Below, piece by piece: positions 53,651 through 64,000 of a DNA stretch of 64,000 bases (positions are counted from its first letter, which is position 1; every line of letters starts with the position of its first letter). The position numbers were made by a program, and so were the translations under genes. Origin of the DNA: Escherichia coli (lineage in GTDB: Bacteria; Pseudomonadota; Gammaproteobacteria; Enterobacterales; Enterobacteriaceae); NCBI RefSeq assembly GCF_011045215.1, contig NZ_CP049201.1; one strand, given 5' to 3'. The notes under the pieces are model-generated. The model was not told the DNA's origin. It saw only the letters and a program-made list of their open reading frames with translations, and did not search any database.

Positions 53651-55297
53651 ATGTCAAACAAACCCTTTCATTATCAGGCTCCTTTTCCACTCAAAAAAGA
53701 TGATACTGAGTATTACCTGCTAACCAGCGAACACGTTAGCGTATCTGAATTTGAAGGGCAGGAGATTTTGAAAGTCGCACCCGAAGCGTTAACTCTGTTG
53801 GCGCGTCAGGCGTTTCATGATGCGTCGTTTATGCTGCGTCCGGCGCACCAACAACAGGTGGCCGACATTCTGCGTGACCCGGAGGCCAGCGAAAATGATA
53901 AATATGTGGCGCTGCAATTCCTGCGTAACTCCGACATCGCGGCGAAAGGCGTTCTGCCAACCTGTCAGGATACCGGCACCGCGATTATTGTTGGTAAAAA
54001 AGGGCAGCGTGTATGGACCGGTGGTGGTGATGAAGCGGCGCTGGCACGCGGTGTCTATAACACTTATATCGAAGATAATCTGCGCTACTCGCAAAACGCG
54101 CCGCTGGATATGTATAAAGAAGTGAATACTGGCACCAATCTGCCAGCGCAGATCGATCTTTATGCCGTTGATGGCGACGAATACAAATTCCTCTGTATCG
54201 CCAAAGGTGGTGGTTCGGCAAACAAGACGTATCTCTATCAGGAAACCAAAGCGTTACTGACGCCGGGGAAACTGAAAAATTACCTGGTTGAGAAGATGCG
54301 CACGCTGGGTACGGCGGCCTGTCCTCCGTATCATATTGCGTTCGTTATTGGTGGAACTTCTGCAGAAACGAACCTTAAAACGGTGAAACTGGCTTCCGCG
54401 AAATACTATGATGAACTGCCAACGGAAGGGAATGAGCACGGTCAGGCGTTCCGCGATGTGGAACTGGAAAAAGAATTGCTGATCGAAGCGCAAAATCTTG
54501 GTCTGGGTGCGCAGTTTGGTGGTAAATACTTCGCTCACGACATCCGCGTGATTCGCCTGCCACGTCACGGCGCATCCTGCCCGGTCGGTATGGGCGTCTC
54601 CTGTTCTGCTGACCGTAATATCAAAGCGAAGATCAACCGTCAGGGGATCTGGATCGAAAAACTGGAACATAATCCAGGCAAATATATCCCGGAAGAGCTG
54701 CGCAAAGCGGGAGAAGGCGAAGCGGTGCGCGTTGACCTTAACCGTCCGATGAAAGAGATCCTCGCACAGTTGTCGCAGTATCCCGTTTCTACACGCTTAT
54801 CGCTTAACGGCACGATTATCGTCGGTCGTGATATTGCTCACGCCAAACTGAAAGAGCGGATGGATAACGGTGAAGGGCTGCCGCAGTACATCAAAGATCA
54901 TCCGATTTACTACGCGGGTCCGGCCAAAACGCCGGAAGGTTATGCCTCCGGTTCTCTTGGCCCAACGACCGCCGGACGGATGGATTCTTATGTCGATCAA
55001 CTGCAAGCGCAGGGCGGAAGTATGATCATGCTGGCGAAAGGCAACCGCAGCCAGCAGGTGACGGATGCCTGTAAAAAACACGGCGGCTTCTACCTTGGCA
55101 GTATCGGTGGTCCGGCCGCTGTATTGGCGCAGGGAAGTATTAAGAGCCTGGAATGTGTTGAATATCCGGAACTGGGAATGGAAGCCATCTGGAAAATTGA
55201 AGTGGAAGATTTCCCGGCGTTTATCCTTGTGGATGATAAAGGAAATGACTTCTTCCAGCAGATACAACTCACACAATGTACCCGCTGTGTGAAATAA
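53651..55297 (+). CDS. fumA: class I fumarate hydratase (aerobic, Fe-S)
   Basis: 548-aa ORF matching FumA. Confidence 0.96.
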   Translation: MSNKPFHYQAPFPLKKDDTEYYLLTSEHVSVSEFEGQEILKVAPEALTLLARQAFHDASFMLRPAHQQQVADILRDPEASENDKYVALQFLRNSDIAAKGVLPTCQDTGTAIIVGKKGQRVWTGGGDEAALARGVYNTYIEDNLRYSQNAPLDMYKEVNTGTNLPAQIDLYAVDGDEYKFLCIAKGGGSANKTYLYQETKALLTPGKLKNYLVEKMRTLGTAACPPYHIAFVIGGTSAETNLKTVKLASAKYYDELPTEGNEHGQAFRDVELEKELLIEAQNLGLGAQFGGKYFAHDIRVIRLPRHGASCPVGMGVSCSADRNIKAKINRQGIWIEKLEHNPGKYIPEELRKAGEGEAVRVDLNRPMKEILAQLSQYPVSTRLSLNGTIIVGRDIAHAKLKERMDNGEGLPQYIKDHPIYYAGPAKTPEGYASGSLGPTTAGRMDSYVDQLQAQGGSMIMLAKGNRSQQVTDACKKHGGFYLGSIGGPAAVLAQGSIKSLECVEYPELGMEAIWKIEVEDFPAFILVDDKGNDFFQQIQLTQCTRCVK

Positions 55298-55302
55298 ACA
55301 GA

Positions 55303-55327
55303 GCCGCCCTTCGGGGCGGTTTTTTTA
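55303..55327 (+). terminator. rho-independent terminator after fumA
   Basis: GCCGCCC-TTCG-GGGCGGT followed by T7. Confidence 0.8.
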
Positions 55328-55439
55328 CATGGCACGAAAGACCAAACATTTGTTATCAAATAGTAAATAATGAGTGAGCTAAAAGTTGCTTAACGAAAGC
55401 AAAACAGAAAGAAAAAATTAATCAGGTGAGGAGCAGGCC

Positions 55440-57803
<2,364 letters not shown>

Positions 57804-57844
57804 TATAGCACAGTGGTGGTGACTTGACCACCGTGCGCGTAGTG

Positions 57845-59146
57845 TCAAGCAGAGGTAAATTGCGGGATGTTATGCCATAACGGCCAGCTAAACGAGAAGC
57901 GGGCACCACCCAGTTCGCTGGTGTCACAATTAACCGTACCGCCCATTGCCAGTGCTATAGAGTGGACAATTGCCAGCCCCAGCCCGCAGCCGCCGGTTGA
58001 GCGATCCCGGCTGGGATCGAGGCGAACAAAAGGTTCAAAGATATGTTCGCGGTTTTCTGGGGCAATCCCTGGGCCATCATCCTCAACAATTAATGTCGCT
58101 CTATTCCCCGACAGTAGCAGGCTGGTTTCAACCGTTGAATGGCAGTAGCGCAGGGCGTTATTGAGCAAATTATCCAGCACACGCTCCATTAAGCGCATAT
58201 CCAACGCCGCATAATGGCCTTGCGCGAGCGTTTTTATCCGTACCGTTTTATCGGGCGTTACTGCCTGAATGTCTGCCAGATGCGTTGACAGCCACAACGG
58301 CAGGTCTGGTTCGCTAAGATGAAGCTCGTTTTGTGGGCGATCGAGTCGGGCATAAGTCAGCAGCTCTTCAATTAAAGCTTCAAGTTGACTGATATCACGA
58401 TTCAACGCCTGGGATTCGGCGGCGCTCAGGTTATCGCTCATCTCCAGTCGATAACGCAGGCGCACTAACGGTGTTCGCAGTTCGTGTGCAATACCGTCAA
58501 TAAGCTGTTTTTTGCTGGCTATCAAGGCGTTGATATTGTCCGCCATCTGGTTAAATGCGACGCCAAGGCGTTCAAAGCTCGAACCCTCATCAAAGTGGAT
58601 ACGTTCATTGAGATGCCCATCGCCAAATCGTTGCGCCGCAGCTTCCAGTTTTAACATATCCTGCCAGTGCGGACGCATCCAGATAAACACCGGAAAGGCG
58701 AGGGAAATGGCAATAAAAGCGATCAGGGCGATATCCAGCAATCGCATCTGATGGAGGTAATAAAGATAAGGAACAGGACCAACTGCCAGCACGTAGTGGC
58801 TGCGCGGGATACGTTGCAAAAACGTGTACTGATCGTCCAGGGCGACAATTTCGCCGCCACGCAGTCGGTGCATGGAAATATCATCAAGATGGTATTTACT
58901 CAGTGGCTCGACACGCAGATCGAAAGAGAGATTTAAATCCATCTCTTTCAGCGTCTTACCCCAGTCGTGTGGGGGGATCTCACGCAATTCGCTGCGCATC
59001 AGATACAGCGAACTGTTCATCAAATCATCCAGCGACTGTTTGCCCGCGCGTTCGGCGGTAAATTTGTACACCAGCCCAACCAGCAGAGACATCACAAGGA
59101 AGCAGACAAACAATAACAGGTAAAACTGGATAAACAATTTTTTCAT
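57845..59146 (-). CDS. rstB: sensor histidine kinase RstB
   Basis: 433-aa frame from ATG at 59146 (MKKLFIQFYLLLFVCFLVMSLL), HAMP/HisKA/HATPase. Confidence 0.95.
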   Translation of the reverse strand: MKKLFIQFYLLLFVCFLVMSLLVGLVYKFTAERAGKQSLDDLMNSSLYLMRSELREIPPHDWGKTLKEMDLNLSFDLRVEPLSKYHLDDISMHRLRGGEIVALDDQYTFLQRIPRSHYVLAVGPVPYLYYLHQMRLLDIALIAFIAISLAFPVFIWMRPHWQDMLKLEAAAQRFGDGHLNERIHFDEGSSFERLGVAFNQMADNINALIASKKQLIDGIAHELRTPLVRLRYRLEMSDNLSAAESQALNRDISQLEALIEELLTYARLDRPQNELHLSEPDLPLWLSTHLADIQAVTPDKTVRIKTLAQGHYAALDMRLMERVLDNLLNNALRYCHSTVETSLLLSGNRATLIVEDDGPGIAPENREHIFEPFVRLDPSRDRSTGGCGLGLAIVHSIALAMGGTVNCDTSELGGARFSFSWPLWHNIPQFTSA

Positions 59147-59176
59147 TGGCATCGCCCGCAACAGAATACTATTCGT

Positions 59177-59205
59177 ATTAATTCACGACTGTGGAGCAAT
59201 GTAAA
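59177..59205 (-). promoter_or_regulatory. candidate sigma70 promoter for rstB (TTTACA-N17-ATTAAT)
   Basis: Minus strand -35 TTTACA (59205-59200), 17-nt spacer, -10 ATTAAT (59182-59177), about 30 nt upstream of rstB ATG; prediction only. Confidence 0.3.
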
Positions 59206-59324
59206 CCGCCAACTGGATAAGGCCTTGTTTGGAAGATAATGTCCGGAACAGACGGATGTATCCCCGGCGTATTCATATTCAGTAAATTCAATTTTCCACC
59301 GGGGCTTGTTTATTATGCTAAGGT

Positions 59325-60668
59325 TTAATTTAACGTGACGCTTTGTTGTTCTTTAGTCTCTCTATCCTTAAGAAGACGGGCTGATATTACACCGGACATC
59401 ATTGAACCATTCACATTAAGCGCTGTTCTTGCCATATCAACGATCGGCTCTATGGCAATAAAAATACCCACTAATGCGACAGGGAAATTAAGTGTTGAAA
59501 GGACAATCAGCGCCGCGAATGTCCCACCACCACCTACGCCTGCTACCCCTATTGAGCCAAGCGCGATGGCAGGTAAAAGAGTAGCGAGGAATTGCAATGA
59601 GAAGGGATCGATACCCATTGTTGGAGCAATTATCGCCACCATCACGGCAGGATAAATCCCAGCGCAGCCATTTTGTCCCATGTTGGAACCAAAAGACGCT
59701 GCAATATTAGCAATCGTATTTGGAACCCCCAATTTTTCCAATGCAGAAATAGCCAGAGGAATTGAAGCCGCACTACTGCGAGAAACAAACGCAAAGGTAA
59801 GTACTTGCCAGACGGTCTTGTAATAGTTAACGGGGTTTTTACCTATTAACAGCAAAATGCCCGAGTGAACAATAAACATCACAAAAACGGCCAGATAACA
59901 GGCGACGATGAACCCGAGCAAATTGGTAAACTGTGAAAGCTGATACGTTGAGAAGACTTTCGCCATTAGTGCCATTACCCCATAAGGCGTCAGCGCAATG
60001 ACAATACGGACCATTTTCATTACCCATATTTGAATCGCGTTGATCCCCGCGCTCAATTTTTCGCCCTCTGCTGGTGCATCTTTCTTTACTTTTAACAGCG
60101 CAATACCAGCAAGAATTGTAAAGATGACGATGCCAATAACCGAAACACTTCTTGCCCCGGTCAGATCAAGGAAGAGGTTGGTTGGGATCAATGACGTAAT
60201 GAGTCGCGGTAAAGATACCGCAGCTGTTTTCGAGACGTCATCGCTGGTTAAAGAGGATTGCATATGACCAAAGGCGCTGGCATCAAGGCCAATTGCACTG
60301 GCAATAGCCAGGCCAACTAAACCTGCAATCATGACTAAACACAACATACAGGCAACAATAGTTAAAGACATCTTGCCAATACCAGCGCTATTTTCGAGCT
60401 TATTAATCGCTGAAAGAATAGAAATGAATATGAGTGGAACGGCAACAAGTTTTAATAAATTAACATAACCGTTACCAGCAATATTATACCATTCGATAAC
60501 GGTTTCACTGTTTGTCTCAGGAATGAAATGCAGGGAGATACCAATGATAGCCCCCAGGAAAATCGCGATAAAAACACTTTTGGAAAGGGATTCGCTCTTT
60601 TGATCCGTTTTGAAAATCCCCCATGAGCAGATCAAAAAAAGCACAATATATGTGAAAGTTGTAACCAT
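59325..60668 (-). CDS. DAACS-family (sodium:dicarboxylate symporter superfamily) transporter, YdjN/TcyP-like; absent from this position in K-12
   Basis: 447-aa polytopic ORF, ATG at 60668 with AGAGG upstream; shares motifs with E. coli YdjN/TcyP as recalled (W(Y/F)NI(A/V)GNGYV, LTFAF(V/T)SRSSAASIPL, FG(S/A)xxGQNGCAG, GVAGVGGG(G/A)TFAALIV); substrate not inferable. Confidence 0.85.
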   Translation of the reverse strand: MVTTFTYIVLFLICSWGIFKTDQKSESLSKSVFIAIFLGAIIGISLHFIPETNSETVIEWYNIAGNGYVNLLKLVAVPLIFISILSAINKLENSAGIGKMSLTIVACMLCLVMIAGLVGLAIASAIGLDASAFGHMQSSLTSDDVSKTAAVSLPRLITSLIPTNLFLDLTGARSVSVIGIVIFTILAGIALLKVKKDAPAEGEKLSAGINAIQIWVMKMVRIVIALTPYGVMALMAKVFSTYQLSQFTNLLGFIVACYLAVFVMFIVHSGILLLIGKNPVNYYKTVWQVLTFAFVSRSSAASIPLAISALEKLGVPNTIANIAASFGSNMGQNGCAGIYPAVMVAIIAPTMGIDPFSLQFLATLLPAIALGSIGVAGVGGGGTFAALIVLSTLNFPVALVGIFIAIEPIVDMARTALNVNGSMMSGVISARLLKDRETKEQQSVTLN

Positions 60669-60722
60669 TTTTTAAGCCTCTTGCCTCATTCAGCACCTGA
60701 AATGCCGGAAAGAGTTTGTTGT

Positions 60723-60747
60723 AAAAAATCTGCGCCATAAGACGCAG
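60723..60747 (-). terminator. hairpin plus U-run between rstA and the inserted transporter gene (rstA terminator or leader attenuator)
   Basis: Minus strand CUGCGUC-UUAU-GGCGCAG followed by AUUUUUU; a TATAAT hexamer (60763-60758) lies just upstream. Confidence 0.45.
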
Positions 60748-60880
60748 GGACGAGGCGATTATAGAGAAATTTTTTCTCATATTCACATCAAATGTAGGGG
60801 GGTTGGAATTTGAATAAGCTCTTATTAATTGAATTCGTTAATTGTTCTCTTTTTCAGATGAACAAATATTAGTCATCTGA

Positions 60881-61612
60881 TTATTTATTGTCACTATCCC
60901 ATGCATGAGGCGCAAAAAGATAGCCTTTGTTACGCACGGTTTTAATGCGATAAGGTTCTGCGGCGTTATCGAGCAGTTTTTTTCTTAACCGCGAAATAGC
61001 CACGTCCACGCTACGATCCAGTCCGTCATAACTGACGCCGCGTAAATTTTTCAGCAATGCATCGCGGTCCATGATTTGCCCGGCATGGGTAGCTAATTCC
61101 CACAATAATTCGAAATCAGCTGTTGAGAGCGAGATTTCAGTGTTAGCCAGGGTGACTACGCGGTTGATAGGATCGATGGTCAACGTGCCGAAATGCAGGG
61201 CTTTGTAGGGAGTCAGAGACGTTTCCTGAAGACCTTTGGTCAGTGTGGCTTGCTCATTCTGACGCAAATGCAAACGTAAACGCGCTAGCAAAACAGCAGG
61301 GGGCGTCGTTTTGAGAATATAGTCGCAGGCACCCATTTCCAGTGCCAGGATGTGGTTCATATCGCTATCGAGAGAGGTTAGAAGAACAATCGGTCCAGAC
61401 CACTTTGCGCGTAAATCACGACAAATGGTCATGCCGTCCTTGCCTGGTAGCATGATGTCGAGTAACACCAAATCCGGATTTTCTCGCAAAATGGTTTCTT
61501 CGGCATGGTCGCCGCGCGGCTCTACGGTAACCTGCATATCATGTTTTGCCAGGTACGCGGCAATCAGTGAACCGACTTCCGCATCATCTTCCACAAATAC
61601 GATAGTGTTCAT
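60881..61612 (-). CDS. rstA: OmpR-family response regulator RstA (C-terminus differs from K-12 as recalled)
   Basis: Frame from ATG at 61612 (MNTIVFVEDDAEVGSLIAAYL), receiver plus winged-helix domains; ends ...APHAWDSDNK. Confidence 0.92.
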   Translation of the reverse strand: MNTIVFVEDDAEVGSLIAAYLAKHDMQVTVEPRGDHAEETILRENPDLVLLDIMLPGKDGMTICRDLRAKWSGPIVLLTSLDSDMNHILALEMGACDYILKTTPPAVLLARLRLHLRQNEQATLTKGLQETSLTPYKALHFGTLTIDPINRVVTLANTEISLSTADFELLWELATHAGQIMDRDALLKNLRGVSYDGLDRSVDVAISRLRKKLLDNAAEPYRIKTVRNKGYLFAPHAWDSDNK

Positions 61613-61658
61613 AACATTCACGGTAGATATAAAAACGTCACAATACACCGCGCTGTTT

Positions 61659-61675
61659 TTACTTACTATCAATCG
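61659..61675 (-). promoter_or_regulatory. putative PhoP box in rstA promoter
   Basis: Minus strand TGTTTA-GAAAC-GATTGA about 50-65 nt upstream of rstA ATG; rstA is PhoP-activated by established knowledge; second half-site is weak. Confidence 0.35.
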
Positions 61676-61740
61676 TTTCTAAACAAGTTTTCATCAGGTA
61701 TTCTACTGATGACTTGTTATGGAAGTGTTAAGGTAAAAAG

Positions 61741-62076
61741 ATGGGGCTGGTAATCAAAGCCGCGCTCGGTGCGCTGGTAGTGCTGTTGATTGGTGTTTTA
61801 GCAAAAACGAAAAATTATTATATCGCCGGGCTGATTCCACTTTTCCCGACCTTTGCGCTTATCGCGCATTATATTGTTGCCAGCGAACGCGGCATTGAAG
61901 CCTTACGCGCAACCATCATTTTTAGTATGTGGTCGATTATTCCCTATTTTGTTTACCTGGTGTCGCTGTGGTATTTCACCGGAATGATGCGCTTGCCCGC
62001 CGCTTTTGTTGGTTCTGTTGCGTGTTGGGGGATAAGCGCATGGGTGTTGATTATATGCTGGATAAAGCTGCATTAA
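61741..62076 (+). CDS. ydgC: GlpM-family inner membrane protein YdgC
   Basis: 111-aa hydrophobic ORF. Confidence 0.88.
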   Translation: MGLVIKAALGALVVLLIGVLAKTKNYYIAGLIPLFPTFALIAHYIVASERGIEALRATIIFSMWSIIPYFVYLVSLWYFTGMMRLPAAFVGSVACWGISAWVLIICWIKLH

Positions 62077-62795
62077 CGCAGATGACGACCGCCATCAAGT
62101 GGGAAACTGCGTCCGGTGACAAAGCAACTGGTAAGTAAGTAATCGACCAGGTCGATCACTTCTTTCTCGCCAGGCGCGGTTTTCATCAGTGATTTATTCA
62201 GCGCCTGTTGTCGATATTCGGCATCATCATGTTCATTAAACAGGATCAGCGATGGCGCAATAGAATTCACTTTCACTTCCGGTGCCAGCTTGCGGGCAAA
62301 CGAGCGGGTCATATTATCCAGTGCCGCTTTGCTTGCAGCATACGCAATATGTTTGTCGCTACCGCGCTCCACCACATAATCGGTAAAGTGAATGATATCG
62401 CTGGCGGCGTGTCCGTGCCCACGCAGTAATCTTTCCAGCGCATGGTTGAGCAGGTATGGGGTATTAACGTGGATCTGCATCATGCAAGCCAGTACGTCGG
62501 CCAGTGGCGCACCCGGTTTTTCCGCCATCCACGCACTGGCGTTATGCAAAATAGCACGCAGACCATGGGTGCTTTTTAGTACTTCATCGGCAAACGCCAT
62601 CACACCGTCGTTGGTCGAAAAATCAGCCTGAATACACTGCGCACCTGCATTAATCAGTCCATCAATGGCTGGATAGTGAGTCCGATAGCTGACAATCACC
62701 GGTTGCTTTTGATTAATGAAATGCCATGCGAGGGCGAGGCCGATGCGACGACCTCCGCCAGTAATTAATATTGGCAAGGGCTGGGTTTTACCCAT
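62073..62795 (-). CDS. folM: dihydromonapterin reductase / alternative DHFR (SDR)
   Basis: 240-aa SDR ORF, 4-nt convergent overlap with ydgC. Confidence 0.93.
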   Translation of the reverse strand: MGKTQPLPILITGGGRRIGLALAWHFINQKQPVIVSYRTHYPAIDGLINAGAQCIQADFSTNDGVMAFADEVLKSTHGLRAILHNASAWMAEKPGAPLADVLACMMQIHVNTPYLLNHALERLLRGHGHAASDIIHFTDYVVERGSDKHIAYAASKAALDNMTRSFARKLAPEVKVNSIAPSLILFNEHDDAEYRQQALNKSLMKTAPGEKEVIDLVDYLLTSCFVTGRSFPLDGGRHLR

Positions 62796-62831
62796 CGTTA
62801 TCTCCTTTGCTATCCAACGATGGGATGAACG

Positions 62832-64000
62832 TTATCCCACCAGCATCCAGGTCGCCGGAACTGAGGCAATTAACAGCATGCCAATCAGCACCATTTCCTG
62901 ACGGTTCAGTACATTATCATGTGTATGCGTTTTGCGCGCATACAGGAAAACCAGCAGCCCCGGTGCATACAGAACAACGGATAACAGCAAGTGCATTGGA
63001 CCAGAGGCGTACAATAACCATAAGCCATAAATGCAGGCACCGACACCTACCGCTTTATGCAGTGGACGGGTTGCGATTTTCAGCAAGAACGCGCCGACCA
63101 GGAAATAGGGCACCAGAATCATTTCTGAGGCGATGGTCAGCAACGTGTTGTAATCGGAACCGGTCAGCCAGATGAGTACCAGACAAATTTGCACGCAGAT
63201 GTTGGTCAACCACAGTGAGGCGGATGGCGCAGCTTGTGCGTTCTGGCGCGCAAAAATGCGTGGGAATGCTTTATGGGTGGCAGCCAGGAACGGAACTTCT
63301 GCCGCCATGATGGTCCAGCTTAAGTACGCGCCGCAAACGGAAACGATCAAACCGGCAGCGATGATGATTTCGCCCCATGGTCCCATCATTTCCACCATCA
63401 GACCGGCCATTGACGGGTTACGAATTTCAGCCAGTTCAGGACGTGCCACCACACCCAGCGAAAGCAGCGTTACCAGCAAGTAAACGCCCAGAGCGGAGAG
63501 AACCGCCAGCAGTGTCGCTTTGCCAACATCACGTTTATTGCGCGCACGCGCAGAAACAACCACGGCACCTTCCACACCAATGAAAACCCACAGGGTGATC
63601 AGCATGGTGTTTTTCACCTGTTCCCAAACAGGTACGCCAAGTGCAAGTCCGGTGAAGTCGAGCTTGAAGGTATCCAGTTTGAACATCATCATCGCCAGCA
63701 CAACAAACAGACCCAGCGGCAACAATTTTGCCAGTGTCGCCACCAGGTTAATGCTGGCAGCGGTTTGCACCCCGCGCAGGATCAAAAAGTGAACAATCCA
63801 CAATAAAGCCGATGCACCGACTATCGATTGCCAGGTATTACCATCGCCAAACAGGCGCAATTCCGGCGTGTCCGTAAAAAAGCTTAACGCGGAAAAAACG
63901 ATCACCAGATAGGAGACGTTGGCGATGACTGCGCACAGCCAGTATCCCCATGCGGAACAAAAGCCGATTAGCTCGCCAAACCCTTCGCGGGCATAGGTAA
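62832..64000 (-). CDS. ydgI: APC-family arginine:ornithine antiporter-like YdgI (partial, 5' end beyond window)
   Basis: Polytopic ORF with stop at 62832; frame appears open to the window edge; K-12 YdgI is 460 aa so the N-terminal part is off-window. Confidence 0.8.
   Translation of the reverse strand, partial: TYAREGFGELIGFCSAWGYWLCAVIANVSYLVIVFSALSFFTDTPELRLFGDGNTWQSIVGASALLWIVHFLILRGVQTAASINLVATLAKLLPLGLFVVLAMMMFKLDTFKLDFTGLALGVPVWEQVKNTMLITLWVFIGVEGAVVVSARARNKRDVGKATLLAVLSALGVYLLVTLLSLGVVARPELAEIRNPSMAGLMVEMMGPWGEIIIAAGLIVSVCGAYLSWTIMAAEVPFLAATHKAFPRIFARQNAQAAPSASLWLTNICVQICLVLIWLTGSDYNTLLTIASEMILVPYFLVGAFLLKIATRPLHKAVGVGACIYGLWLLYASGPMHLLLSVVLYAPGLLVFLYARKTHTHDNVLNRQEMVLIGMLLIASVPATWMLVG

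Overview
This window is an Escherichia coli chromosomal segment from the replication-terminus side, collinear with the K-12 cfa-to-ydgI region (about 1.68-1.74 Mb) but read in reverse complement. I call about 57 protein-coding genes, all identified by reading the ORF-track proteins against E. coli proteins I recognise; no BLAST or database search was run and all K-12 comparisons are from memory. Gene order: cfa, punC/ydhC, punR/ydhB, purR, ynhF, ydhP, sodB, mepH, grxD, lhr, rnt, gloA, nemA, nemR, ydhL, ydhF, sodC, ydhKJI, slyA, slyB, anmK, mliC, pdxH, tyrS, pdxY, gstA, dtpA, nth, rsxEGDCBA, ydgK, cnu, blr, ydgJ, add, malYX, malI, hdhA, uidRABC, ydgA, manA, fumA, fumC, tus, rstB, rstA, ydgC, folM and the 3' part of ydgI. 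I found no rRNA, tRNA, CRISPR array, IS element or prophage gene. The sequence is not K-12 itself, and three things stand out. (1) About 1.7 kb carrying a YdjN/TcyP-like transporter gene with AT-rich flanks sits between rstA and rstB, which are adjacent and co-transcribed in K-12; this is the best candidate for something new. (2) lhr carries a -1 frameshift in a C4 run that splits it into 950-aa and 617-aa ORFs. (3) rsxC is 612 aa rather than the 740 aa I recall for K-12, through loss of C-terminal repeats. Known regulatory sites readable directly in the sequence include TerB at the tus promoter, twin MalI operators, the NemR box, the SlyA site, PUR boxes, and several hairpin terminators. Coordinates of small sites that I derived by hand may be off by 1-2 nt.
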